A stretch of 64,000 bases of DNA from a virus (lineage: Duplodnaviria; Heunggongvirae; Uroviricota; Caudoviricetes). The stretch's first letter is position 1; the number at the start of each line of letters is the position of its first letter. The stretch lies in IMG/VR virus record IMGVR_UViG_3300020061_000005; one strand, written 5' to 3'. Positions 39,093 through 47,956 of this stretch are shown here, piece after piece. The position numbers and the translations under genes are program-made. The notes beneath the pieces are model-generated. The model searched no databases, was not told the DNA's origin, and saw only the letters and a program-made list of their open reading frames with translations.

Positions 39093-40216
39093 CTCAGATC
39101 CGCAACCGAATCTCGCGTTTGACCGTCGCTGGTGTAGCTGGCGTACGGTTGCAGTGCGTCTGGCATCGGTAACTGATCGATGTGCGAGACCGCGAGGCGG
39201 CAGAGCACACGGTTGCCGATCGCATCGTTCGCGGTGTTGATGATCATTTGCTTCACGTCCAAATACCCGAAACGCAGCGTGCCCTGGAATTCGTGCGGTG
39301 CGTTGGTGTCATCGGCGAATTTCATCTCAGGTTCTTCGCCTGGCAGCGGCCCTGCACCGTGGCGTGTGAGATAGGTGCGTGTGCAATAGATCGCCTCCAA
39401 TTCATCGATTCCCCATTCGTTCGCGAGCGTCGCCACGTTCTTGGATCCGGTGTTGGAGCGGGTGAGGTGCGGGAAGTCCGCCGTGTTGTTCTGATCCAGC
39501 AGCAGCCCCTGCGCGCCTTCGAATACAATTCTCTGTGGTCGGTTATGCTCATTCGGCGGCGGTACCAAGAGCACTCGCTGGGTGAACATCATCACGTCAT
39601 ACAGGAACCCATCGATCGCATCCTTCGAGTTCCATTGCTTGGAGTACTGGTTGAAAACGTCTGGCTCTATCCCAGCGATTCCCAACTCGAAAGAGCTGTG
39701 TGCTTGGATTGCGGCAATCAGGTGGCGCACCCCGGTAGTGCTACGGTAAAGATCACGCACCGTTAGCGGGATCTTGCGGTGCCGCTCGATGGTCTGGTTG
39801 AAGCCAACCCCGCAGCTCCCGTGTCGGGCTTCGCCGCGGTGATTCTCCTGGAGCTGGTTCACCATCATGTCCCACGGCGTCGTCACCATGCACTCGCCGT
39901 CGACAAACACACGTGGCCAGTTGTTGGTGAAGCAGCCCTTGCCGTGGCCTTCCAGCTCCACGCTCTCCTGGTTGAACAGGATGGGATTCACCACAAAGAA
40001 TCGGCTCAGGTACGTGGGCACGTTCAGGAACGTCCCCGAGCCGAAGTGATGGAACACATGGCGGCGGCCATCGGGAGTCACGACGGTGTGCCCTGCCTGC
40101 GCGCCTCCGTTGAAGCGCACGACAAGATCGACTGTGTGCCTTGAGCACAAGTAGTCGACCATCTTTCCCTTACCCTCGTCGCCGTAGTTGGCGCCGATGA
40201 CCGCCCATGCCTTCAT
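39089..40216 (-). CDS. Adenylosuccinate synthetase family protein (PurA paralogue; candidate PurZ-like)
   Basis: GANYGDEGKGKMVDYL, GGAQAGHTV and FEGAQGLLLD...TRHGAGPLPGE match PurA. 375 aa, shorter than canonical PurA. ATGA-coupled to the VWA gene. Confidence 0.75.
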   Translation of the reverse strand: MKAWAVIGANYGDEGKGKMVDYLCSRHTVDLVVRFNGGAQAGHTVVTPDGRRHVFHHFGSGTFLNVPTYLSRFFVVNPILFNQESVELEGHGKGCFTNNWPRVFVDGECMVTTPWDMMVNQLQENHRGEARHGSCGVGFNQTIERHRKIPLTVRDLYRSTTGVRHLIAAIQAHSSFELGIAGIEPDVFNQYSKQWNSKDAIDGFLYDVMMFTQRVLLVPPPNEHNRPQRIVFEGAQGLLLDQNNTADFPHLTRSNTGSKNVATLANEWGIDELEAIYCTRTYLTRHGAGPLPGEEPEMKFADDTNAPHEFQGTLRFGYLDVKQMIINTANDAIGNRVLCRLAVSHIDQLPMPDALQPYASYTSDGQTRDSVADLR

Positions 40217-41133
40217 ACCCTGACTGCGCCTCCCGTATCGGTGCCCTTGGCCAGCGCGCTCGTTGCCGTGCGCACCACCAAAGCAGTGGAACCATCCCAG
40301 CTATTCACCACCGCATCCACGTCCGCACCCTCGTTGATCTGGATGGTGGATACGATCACCTCGCCCAGCTTCGTATGGTCCGACAGCAGTAGCGCTCGCT
40401 CGCCCAGCACCTTGCGCCAGGCGGGCAGGAAGCGGTCGCTGTAGGAACCTTCCTGAACGACCAGGTGGAACACGTGGTACATGCGCTGCGCGAGCTGCAG
40501 CAGTTCGGCTGCGGAGTAATCGCGCTCCACATCATCGCCGATGAAGCGCTTCAGGTGGTCCTTGGTGAGACCGGCCGGCACGCTTTCATCCCCGAGCGTG
40601 AACAGGTAGCCCTTCTTGTTGCGCTTCTCCAGGCAATCGATGGAGGTGTGCAGGCCAGCGAAATACCAGGGCAGATCGTAGGATTCGGTCTGGTTGCCAC
40701 CACCGTCGCCCTCGATGTAGATATCGGTGAGCTGATCCACGATGCGGTTATCCGCCTCGAACTGCGATACCTGCAGCGGCACCTGGTCGCTGCGCGCATC
40801 GCCGATCGCCATGAACATCAGATGCGGATCGGTGACCGGCTTGCGTGACAGGATCTCGTTGAACAGCGTGCCCAGGCCGTGCTTCGCGATCTTCTCGGCC
40901 AGCATTCCCATGCTGCCTGTCACATCCACGCCCACGATGATCGCGGTGGAGTTCGGGTTGTCGATCGAATCGCGGGACTCGCGGATCTTCACGCCGTGGG
41001 GATTGAGGTGCTTGGCAGCACCGGTGAGCACAGCCGATGCCGTGCGGGTCTTGTATATGTCATCGACGCTCTTGCTCGCGATGTTCGCCGAGTAACTTGC
41101 GTACGCATTGGAGTCAAACCTTCCACTACCCAC
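40213..41133 (-). CDS. von Willebrand factor A domain protein
   Basis: MIDAS motif in IIVGVDVTGSMG. GTG start six nt after GGAGA. Confidence 0.65.
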   Translation of the reverse strand: MGSGRFDSNAYASYSANIASKSVDDIYKTRTASAVLTGAAKHLNPHGVKIRESRDSIDNPNSTAIIVGVDVTGSMGMLAEKIAKHGLGTLFNEILSRKPVTDPHLMFMAIGDARSDQVPLQVSQFEADNRIVDQLTDIYIEGDGGGNQTESYDLPWYFAGLHTSIDCLEKRNKKGYLFTLGDESVPAGLTKDHLKRFIGDDVERDYSAAELLQLAQRMYHVFHLVVQEGSYSDRFLPAWRKVLGERALLLSDHTKLGEVIVSTIQINEGADVDAVVNSWDGSTALVVRTATSALAKGTDTGGAVRV

Positions 41134-41144
41134 TAGAATTCTCC

Positions 41145-41624
41145 TTACCTTGAAAATTTGCGACTCTCAGCGGGAGTCGTGACCGCTTTGGCTCGGTTCC
41201 AGCCATAAACCTTGATGCGACGATATGCCGTCTGGTACTTAACGACGCCATGCTTTCGCACGGCGCGGGTCAGTGTCAATCTCTCGCCGCCGATTCGGAC
41301 CATCACGTTGGAGCGAGAGTTATTGTTCTGCTCTTCCTTTGAGGTGAAGCGACAATTGCCGGGTGAGTAGTTGCCATTATTGTTTTCGCGATCGAGCGTG
41401 TGGCCGCTCGGGATAGTCCCCTGCTGATCGCACCATCTCAGGAACGCATGAGGGCGGCTTCGCCAGGCGCAACATACACTGATGCCGCGAGCACCATAGC
41501 GGTTGTAATCCTTAGAGGAAGTGACATGGCAGCGCTGCACCATCGCGTGCCAGGTGCCGTAGAACCTATGGTGAGACAGGCCATGCGTCCGATTACGCTC
41601 CGCTAGATCAAGTCTTTGCCACAT
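41145..41624 (-). CDS. HNH/AP2-like DNA-binding or homing endonuclease-like protein
   Basis: YGTWHAMVQRCH...YGARGISVCCAW pattern, as in phage HNH/AP2-type proteins. Confidence 0.4.
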   Translation of the reverse strand: MWQRLDLAERNRTHGLSHHRFYGTWHAMVQRCHVTSSKDYNRYGARGISVCCAWRSRPHAFLRWCDQQGTIPSGHTLDRENNNGNYSPGNCRFTSKEEQNNNSRSNVMVRIGGERLTLTRAVRKHGVVKYQTAYRRIKVYGWNRAKAVTTPAESRKFSR

Positions 41625-42639
41625 AGATATCTTCTGCTGTGAGCTTCAGCTCCACGAACTTGCGCGGGCCGTAGCTCTCTTTCAAAACTCTCGACCAATC
41701 GGCGTACTCCTCGAAGGCGGGAAGATACGCGGTGCTGCGAAGCCAGTGAACCAGGGGCTTCGGATACTTCATGGAAAGGAGGCGCGAACCGATGGTGTCC
41801 CCTAGCAGCTCGCGCCCCGTGGCCTTGATCAACTCGGAGTTCATCCTGTCGATCGCCTTCTTGTCCGGCAGCAGCGGCGTCCCGTATTGAACGGTGCGCG
41901 GTGGCAGTGCAATCAGCCTTTCCCCTTCGCGCCTGGCGTACCACCAGCCACCAAAAAGCGCCGCGTCGTGATCGGCCGGGTGAATAAACACGTTACGCGG
42001 CGAAATATCGCAATGCACCAAACCGGCCAGCTTCAGGTAACAGTTCAGGTTGTAGAGGCAGCTCAAGATCCAGGCGACATGGCGCTCCTCGATCTTGCCG
42101 CCAAGGTGCGTCAGGACGTCGCTCAAGCGCAGATAGGCTGGGTTCTTCTCGATGACCAGGTAGTAGCCGGTCTTCACCTGGATGAGCCGCTGGAGCCTTG
42201 GGAGGTGCCTGCTGTGCTCTGCCTTCAGGTGGCCATCGGCGAAGGTAAAGTGCCGCTCCATGTGGTCCTGGGCGACGCGCACCAGGTCGGCATATTCATC
42301 ACGGATGTAGTACGCCAGCACTGATTTACCAATGTAGGCGCGTCCCAGCTCGAACTCCTCGGATTTGAGATACCCGAAGGCGAAGTTATGGCCGCGCACG
42401 TCGGCGAACATGAGCTGCCCCATCCCGCGCCAGGTGCCGCCGTCGATCGCATCCATGGCGCGATCGTAGAGCGCGTTGATGTGCGCCATGACGGCCGGGT
42501 TCACGGAGTTGGTGTCCGGGTGCCACTTGGAGCGCAGGCGCTGCCATTGGGCTTTGGCGGCCGGCCGCACCCCGGTGAACAGCCGCTCGGGCATGTCCAC
42601 CGGGATCGCCAGGATCTGGGCTTCGGTCAACTCCGTCAT
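41608..42639 (-). CDS. J-domain / protein-kinase-like fusion protein
   Basis: N-terminal RLRSKWHPDTN...INALYD is a J domain with HPD. Downstream HCDISPRNVFIH looks like a kinase catalytic loop. Confidence 0.5.
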   Translation of the reverse strand: MTELTEAQILAIPVDMPERLFTGVRPAAKAQWQRLRSKWHPDTNSVNPAVMAHINALYDRAMDAIDGGTWRGMGQLMFADVRGHNFAFGYLKSEEFELGRAYIGKSVLAYYIRDEYADLVRVAQDHMERHFTFADGHLKAEHSRHLPRLQRLIQVKTGYYLVIEKNPAYLRLSDVLTHLGGKIEERHVAWILSCLYNLNCYLKLAGLVHCDISPRNVFIHPADHDAALFGGWWYARREGERLIALPPRTVQYGTPLLPDKKAIDRMNSELIKATGRELLGDTIGSRLLSMKYPKPLVHWLRSTAYLPAFEEYADWSRVLKESYGPRKFVELKLTAEDIYVAKT

Positions 42640-42870
42640 ACGCTGATCGGAACGTTCAGCTCGCGCTGCTTGGCGTTGATCTCTTCCTTGGTGAAAGGAC
42701 CGAAGTCGTAGTCCGCTGGGTCATCGCTTTGGCAGGTGGCGAACCACTCCAGGCAATGCCAGCAGCGACACGAATACTGGTGGTTGCTCGCCACCAGCGT
42801 CACCTCGCGCTCGCGCGGCGTCATGCCTTCCAGCAGCTCGTCCGCCATCTCTTGAATCTGATCGGCCATG
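42636..42870 (-). CDS. Small Cys-rich protein
   Basis: ATG at 42870. SCRCWHC...C cluster. Stop overlaps the next start. Confidence 0.4.
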
Positions 42871-42871
42871 G

Positions 42872-43024
42872 TTACCTCGATGTCGAAGGTGGCGAAGACT
42901 GCTCGATGGTCTGCGGTGCCCGCGCCTTCTTGTGTTTCGTGGCACTGAGCGCTATCACAACCAGGATGCCAACGATCACGACTGTGACCAGCAGCTCGAT
43001 GAGGGTGAAGCCGCGGCGCTTCAC
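42872..43024 (-). CDS. Prepilin-like micro-protein (50 aa)
   Basis: GTG start overlaps the SPFH stop (GTGA). Encodes MKRRG|FTLIELLVTVVIVGILVVIA, a type IV pilin class III signal. Sits inside the longer track ORF 42872..43135. Confidence 0.35.
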   Translation of the reverse strand: MKRRGFTLIELLVTVVIVGILVVIALSATKHKKARAPQTIEQSSPPSTSR

Positions 43025-43815
43025 TTGGGCGGCTCGACACTGATGAAGGGAATCGCGCCATTGCCACCGCTCCAGGACGGGACCGTGCCGTTCCATTTCT
43101 GGATGGCGGCGCGCTGCACCTGCAGGCGTTCCCACTCGATCAGTCCCTGGTTCTCGCGAATGGCGCGCGCTCGATCAGCCATCGCTTCGGCGTCTGCCTT
43201 AGCGCGGGCTTTGTTCTGCTCACCCTCCTGCACCACCTCAGAGGTCTTGTTCGCAGCAGCGAGCGCATCCTGGGCAGCAACCACCTTGCGCTCGACCGAA
43301 TTCTCATAGCCATCATCGAAGTCGATGTTGGTCACCGCAAGGCCGGTCACCTGGACGTGCTTCGGTGCCAGCACCTTGCGCACCTCATCGTACATCTCGG
43401 TGATCGCGCGGCCACGGTTCGATATCAGCTCGGCCGCCTCGTACTTGCCGGCGATGCTCTTGATGCCATCGAACACGTCCTGGCCCACCAGCTTGTCCGC
43501 CCATTCGGTGCCCACCTCGGCCAGCACAGCCGGCGCAGCCGCTGGCTCCAGGCGATAGTTCACGGTCACATCGAGGTCCGCTTTCTGGATGTCCTTGGTG
43601 TAGACGGGCGTCTTGAATTCCCACTTCAGCACGCGCACGTCCATCTCGGTGATGTTGTCGGTGATCGGGTTGTACCAGTGCAAGCCTTCCCCGAGTGATT
43701 CTGGGTGCACCTTGCCATAAGTGGTCTGCACACCGCGGTGGCCGGTGTCGACGATCTCGAAGCCGCAGCCGGTCAGGGCGAAGGCAAGCAGGCAAAGCAC
43801 GATCAGTCGCGTCAT
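43021..43815 (-). CDS. SPFH/band-7 (HflC/prohibitin-like) lipoprotein
   Basis: Lipobox LTGCG. SPFH core, then an Ala/Glu/Gln-rich coiled-coil. Confidence 0.7.
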   Translation of the reverse strand: MTRLIVLCLLAFALTGCGFEIVDTGHRGVQTTYGKVHPESLGEGLHWYNPITDNITEMDVRVLKWEFKTPVYTKDIQKADLDVTVNYRLEPAAAPAVLAEVGTEWADKLVGQDVFDGIKSIAGKYEAAELISNRGRAITEMYDEVRKVLAPKHVQVTGLAVTNIDFDDGYENSVERKVVAAQDALAAANKTSEVVQEGEQNKARAKADAEAMADRARAIRENQGLIEWERLQVQRAAIQKWNGTVPSWSGGNGAIPFISVEPPK

Positions 43816-43819
43816 ACGA

Positions 43820-44026
43820 TTACTCCTTGAACAGATTGAAGATGTCGAACAGGATCTGCCGGCCAGGCTTGGTCATGATTGCCAGCGGCCAGATCAGCAG
43901 CATTTGGAACTCACGCAGGAAGCGCTTGCCATCGCGCGTGAACATCACCCGCGTGAGCGAGAAGCACAGCGCCAGCAGTTGCATGGTGATGTACAGCTCC
44001 AGCGCCGTGATCAGCAAACGGTTCAT
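43820..44026 (-). CDS. Small membrane protein
   Basis: Two hydrophobic helices. Directly upstream of the SPFH gene. Confidence 0.4.
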   Translation of the reverse strand: MNRLLITALELYITMQLLALCFSLTRVMFTRDGKRFLREFQMLLIWPLAIMTKPGRQILFDIFNLFKE

Positions 44027-44433
44027 TTGTTTAGCTCCTGTGCTTCGTAGTCGGCGTTAGTGTGAGAGTCATCACACCCATAAGGCTCACGAAGCCATTT
44101 GATGTGGGCCTTGATCTCGCGAACCACGTGGCTCACGGGGCGATCTGACTGGTAATAGAAGATCTCCTCGGTGCCAATACCGCCGAAGAACGAACGTGCA
44201 TCAGTGATGTCGTAATTACCCTTTTTATCGAAATTCAGCGTGAAGCCGCGGCGCCTGAACCACGGGTCCAGCCCGCAATGGCCAGCCGCGCAGGCGATGG
44301 TTCCGCACTCGGTGAGGTTGCCCCAAATACCCATGTCCCAATGATTGCGCTTGACGTGCGCCGGTAGTGCCTGCAGGACGCGCGCTGCGTTCTCCCAGCG
44401 CTCGATGATTAGTGGACCGGTGGCCGTTTTCAC
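44023..44433 (-). CDS. Hypothetical protein
   Basis: GTG start. Contains CGTIACAAGHC. Confidence 0.45.
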   Translation of the reverse strand: MKTATGPLIIERWENAARVLQALPAHVKRNHWDMGIWGNLTECGTIACAAGHCGLDPWFRRRGFTLNFDKKGNYDITDARSFFGGIGTEEIFYYQSDRPVSHVVREIKAHIKWLREPYGCDDSHTNADYEAQELNK

Positions 44434-45377
44434 TTCGTCGCTCCCTTCGGTGGTGGTTCTTCCGCCAGCTCGTGGCGCAGCTTCTTGTACTCATCCTCGA
44501 TGTCTGGCGGCACGGGTTCGCCACAGAAGTCGAAGTCCTCCAGGATCACGTTCCACAGCGGCTCCAGCGCCTTGCGGTTGGCCGCGGTGCGCAGCAACTT
44601 GACGGCGTTCTCGCTGGTGTACTGCGGTTTGCGCTTCTCGCCAGGCGGGTCGATCGGCACGTCGGTAGGAAGTTCATCAGCCTTGAGGGTTGCCGGAGGA
44701 ACATCGCCCACCAGGGTTGCGGTGGCGTCGCCTGCTTTGGCGCTGCCGCCGACCATCCGCCGTGCCGCTTCGGTCGCTGCGCTGGTGCGCGAGGCGCCAG
44801 GCGTGACGTTCACCGGCTGTGCGTCGGCCTGGGCCGCGAGGATGCGCTGCGCTTCGTCCTCGTCGTAGATCCCAGCGAAGCCGAAGGCCACGCGCGCGCA
44901 CTGGATCAGGGTCTTGTGGCGCAGCATCCGGTTCGGGTGCGTCTGCCACGGTCCCGCGTTCGCACGGAAGCACTCCTCCATGTACTCCGTAATCGAGATA
45001 GGGCGGCTGCGGTCCTTGCGCCAGATCGAGCAAGTCATCTCGACCACCTTGCCGGCCTCGTCCTTGAACGCCGCGAACTCGATGCCGTCCATCTGCGGAT
45101 GTTCATTGATGATCCGCACCCAGCCGTCTACCGACACGATCGGAACGATGCCCTTATACCTGTCCGGGTAGGCGTAGATCTCTTTCGTGAAAGGATTTAG
45201 CGAATACTGATCCGCCACGATCAGCAGACTCATCATCTGCTCGTTGCTGATCTCCTTGTCCGACTGGAAGGCGGTGGCCTTCAGCGTCGTGAGGAGCTTG
45301 TCGGGATCGACGCCGTACTTACCGGCGAACTTGGAGACCAGACCCTGCGAGGGCGGCTTGGAGACAACGGCGTTCAT
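44430..45377 (-). CDS. RecT/Bet-family single-strand annealing protein
   Basis: LLIVADQYSLNPFTKEIYAY...GIVPIVSVDGW is the RecT family core. Confidence 0.7.
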   Translation of the reverse strand: MNAVVSKPPSQGLVSKFAGKYGVDPDKLLTTLKATAFQSDKEISNEQMMSLLIVADQYSLNPFTKEIYAYPDRYKGIVPIVSVDGWVRIINEHPQMDGIEFAAFKDEAGKVVEMTCSIWRKDRSRPISITEYMEECFRANAGPWQTHPNRMLRHKTLIQCARVAFGFAGIYDEDEAQRILAAQADAQPVNVTPGASRTSAATEAARRMVGGSAKAGDATATLVGDVPPATLKADELPTDVPIDPPGEKRKPQYTSENAVKLLRTAANRKALEPLWNVILEDFDFCGEPVPPDIEDEYKKLRHELAEEPPPKGATK

Positions 45378-46321
45378 TTCTTACCTTTAACGGTGGAGGG
45401 TTTCTTGGTGCGCAGCACGCGATAGGCCGCGCGCTTCTTGTAGTAAGGGGAGAGGTTGATGTCCGGATGGCCTTTCTGCAGGGCGTCCGTATCGAAGTAG
45501 CTGGAGCCGGCCTGTGATTTGTAGGTGGCGAGCAACTTGCCGCTGGAATCGACCAGCTCCGGGGAATCCCCGAAGGCTTCGCCGATCATCGCGTAGAGCT
45601 GTTCCTGGCGCTCCTCCAGGTTCTTCAGTAGCAGCTTATTCGCTTCGAACTTGGTGAATGCGGATAGCACGTCTACGCTCGCGATAGCCGGTTTCATGCC
45701 GTGCACGTCGTAGGGATAGAGGATCTTCAGATCCTGCTTCGTGGTGGCCGGCGGTGGATCGCTCTCGGTGACGTGACGCCAGAAGCGCTTCTCGCCTTCG
45801 CGCAGGATCTCAATCAACTCCTCGTTGCGCTCGACGCGGTAGATGCGGATACGGGTGTTGCCGATGATGACCGGCACCCACGCCGCGCCGAGGTCAGCGC
45901 AGTCCAGGTCGTGCTGGATCTGGTAGATGTACTGCAGCGGGATCTCGTCCGTATCGTCCTTTCCCCATTGCTGGCCGATGAAGCCTGCGGTCTTCGCCTC
46001 CACCAGCAAGCCATCGGAGCCGATGCCATCGACCGTTGCGCGGCGCCACGGATTCTTCGGATCAACGAAGCGGGTCTGGCGCGAATGGATTGCGATCTTC
46101 TTCTTCTGCTCCAGCTTCAAGAGCACCAGCGGCTCAACCAGCTGGCCCACCTGCGCGGGGAGGTTCAGATCCTCCTCCTCGTCCATATCCTCCGCGAGTC
46201 CCTTCTTCTCCCGATAGAGCTGCAGCGGGGACTTCCATTGTGATAATCCGATCGCGGCTGCGCACTCTGAGCCTCCCAGAAAATCACGCCGCTCGATCAA
46301 TTCGTCTTTCGTCAATGCCAT
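45374..46321 (-). CDS. YqaJ-like (lambda Exo-type) recombination exonuclease
   Basis: Start taken at MALTKDELIERRD...GGSECAAAIG. PD-(D/E)xK-like core. ATGA-coupled to RecT. Confidence 0.65.
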   Translation of the reverse strand: MALTKDELIERRDFLGGSECAAAIGLSQWKSPLQLYREKKGLAEDMDEEEDLNLPAQVGQLVEPLVLLKLEQKKKIAIHSRQTRFVDPKNPWRRATVDGIGSDGLLVEAKTAGFIGQQWGKDDTDEIPLQYIYQIQHDLDCADLGAAWVPVIIGNTRIRIYRVERNEELIEILREGEKRFWRHVTESDPPPATTKQDLKILYPYDVHGMKPAIASVDVLSAFTKFEANKLLLKNLEERQEQLYAMIGEAFGDSPELVDSSGKLLATYKSQAGSSYFDTDALQKGHPDINLSPYYKKRAAYRVLRTKKPSTVKGKK

Positions 46322-46352
46322 GTGGCCGCACCTTGTTTCGTGTAGGTGGATT

Positions 46353-46377
46353 GTGTTACCACTATTACCTTGAGAAT
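46353..46377 (-). promoter_or_regulatory. Phage promoter-motif instance (GGTAATAGTGGTAACAC, minus orientation) upstream of exo-recT operon
   Basis: Motif copy GTGTTACCACTATTACC on the + strand. Confidence 0.4.
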
Positions 46378-46398
46378 AACAATTTGCAAGGGGATCGA

Positions 46399-46596
46399 AT
46401 GGCCGGCACATTCAGCTACCACGTCAACCGCAGTGACATGACGAACTTCCAGTGGGATACCTGCAGGATCTGCAGCGAGTCGATCATCACCGCGCACGTA
46501 AAGATGCAGCACCGCAGCTTCGATCCGAAGCCGACCGGCGGTACGGAGATGAACCCGGTCTATTCCACGCACGTCTGTCCGAGGAAGGATGATTGA
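46399..46596 (+). CDS. Small Zn-ribbon-like protein
   Basis: GGGGA RBS. Contains CRICS...H...C. Confidence 0.4.
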   Translation: MAGTFSYHVNRSDMTNFQWDTCRICSESIITAHVKMQHRSFDPKPTGGTEMNPVYSTHVCPRKDD

Positions 46597-46898
46597 ACCG
46601 CGAGCGCAGGCGGCAGCGTCGGGTCAAGCGTCGGCAGTTCAAACACCAGAAGGGCCTGTGTTGCTGGTGCAATGAACGCATGGCGATCAGCGATGAGGTG
46701 CCGAACGAGCATCCGCGCAAGGCGAGCTGGGAGCACGTGATCCCGAAAAGCCAGGGTGGCGGCAGTCGCCTGGAGAACCTGGTCCTGGCCCACCGCAAGT
46801 GCAACCTGGATCGCGGCGTGGAGGTGCGGGTGCCCCTTTACTCCTCCTATAAGCTGGCTGCAACAAAACAGAAAAAATTGACGGTGCTGAATTCCTGA
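46593..46898 (+). CDS. HNH endonuclease
   Basis: CCWCN...WEHVIPKSQGG...LVLAHRKCN. Confidence 0.7.
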   Translation: MNRERRRQRRVKRRQFKHQKGLCCWCNERMAISDEVPNEHPRKASWEHVIPKSQGGGSRLENLVLAHRKCNLDRGVEVRVPLYSSYKLAATKQKKLTVLNS

Positions 46899-46907
46899 GC
46901 GTAAAAA

Positions 46908-46950
46908 GACAACGCCTCGGCAGGTTTCCCCGTCGAGGCGTTGGTGGATC
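46908..46950. terminator. Stem-loop terminator candidate (10-bp perfect stem CAACGCCTCG/CGAGGCGTTG); U-run on minus strand
   Basis: AAAAAGA sits before the stem on the + strand, which gives a TCTTTTT run after the stem on the minus strand. Confidence 0.4.
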
Positions 46951-47065
46951 ACGAAGGGCGCATCCTTCGGGAGCCGGTGTAAGGCGAAGCTGGACGCACG
47001 CCTGACATCGCAGATGATGCACATCTAGTGCTACATCCGCAAGCGATAAACATCGCTAAATCCCG

Positions 47066-47090
47066 AAAGTTCCGTATTACCTCTGTTACC
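47066..47090 (-). promoter_or_regulatory. Phage promoter-motif instance (GGTAACAGAGGTAATAC, minus orientation)
   Basis: + strand reads GTATTACCTCTGTTACC. Points leftward, toward the terminator at 46.9 kb. Confidence 0.4.
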
Positions 47091-47462
47091 TGCCATCTCG
47101 TGGCCGTTGTGCTGTGCACGCGGGGGTGGCCTGAAGCCGTCCAGCGCAGGGGTGGGTCCCAGACCAAGCACCTTTGCGCTACACGCTTGGCTGGTAACCA
47201 AGTCAATCACTACACCGTGTAACTGGATGCAAGTTCCAGCTCGCCGCAAGGCGATGTGGGTTAAATGCGCCGCGCACTCGTCAAGAACCAGCGGCCCAGC
47301 TCAACGCAGTCACCGCGAGAACGTGGCAGGCGGCGGAGTTCCCTAACCTCACCAGTTGCGTGGGGTTAGGGGGCTCCGTCTGTGGGGTTTCAGAGTTCTA
47401 CAAGATTCCAGGAAAAGATTCCGGAAGAAGAACGGTATGAGCTGTCATCGAAACACTTGCAG

Positions 47463-47488
47463 CCTTGAGGTAACAGAGGTAATACTTC
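47463..47488 (+). promoter_or_regulatory. Phage promoter-motif instance (GGTAACAGAGGTAATAC) upstream of gene at 47528
   Basis: Inverted copy of the site at 47066-47090. Confidence 0.45.
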
Positions 47489-47527
47489 GAGTGCCAGATA
47501 AAACCCTTCAACCTTGAGGACACGCAC

Positions 47528-47956
47528 ATGGATCCACTGAACCCATTGGCTCACATCCAGAAGCTCGTTGCGAATCAGCGCGATCCGGAGAACACCGGCC
47601 AATTTCACGCTGAGATGGCCAGCGCCTTTGACTGCCTGGCGGCGGCGGCGCGTCTTGGCCACCTCAAAGCCATGACCGTCGTGACGCTGATTTCGGAGGA
47701 AGGTGCCAAGCTGGGCGACTACGGTTGCGGTCCTGGTATCGTGTTCGCGAAGCGCTCGAACAAAAATCACATTTCGCAGCATCTGCGTGCGCTCGCCGAT
47801 ACGATCAATGCTGACAATGAATCTCCGGCGGACGGCATTCGCTCGCTGCTGGAGAGCCTGCTGCGCGACCGCGGTGTGGAGGTGCATGTTACTAGGATCG
47901 ATATGGATGATCTGTTGAACAGCGCTGCGGACAAGCCAGCGGAGCGGGGGAATTGA
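47528..47956 (+). CDS. Hypothetical protein
   Basis: ORF. Confidence 0.5.
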   Translation: MDPLNPLAHIQKLVANQRDPENTGQFHAEMASAFDCLAAAARLGHLKAMTVVTLISEEGAKLGDYGCGPGIVFAKRSNKNHISQHLRALADTINADNESPADGIRSLLESLLRDRGVEVHVTRIDMDDLLNSAADKPAERGN

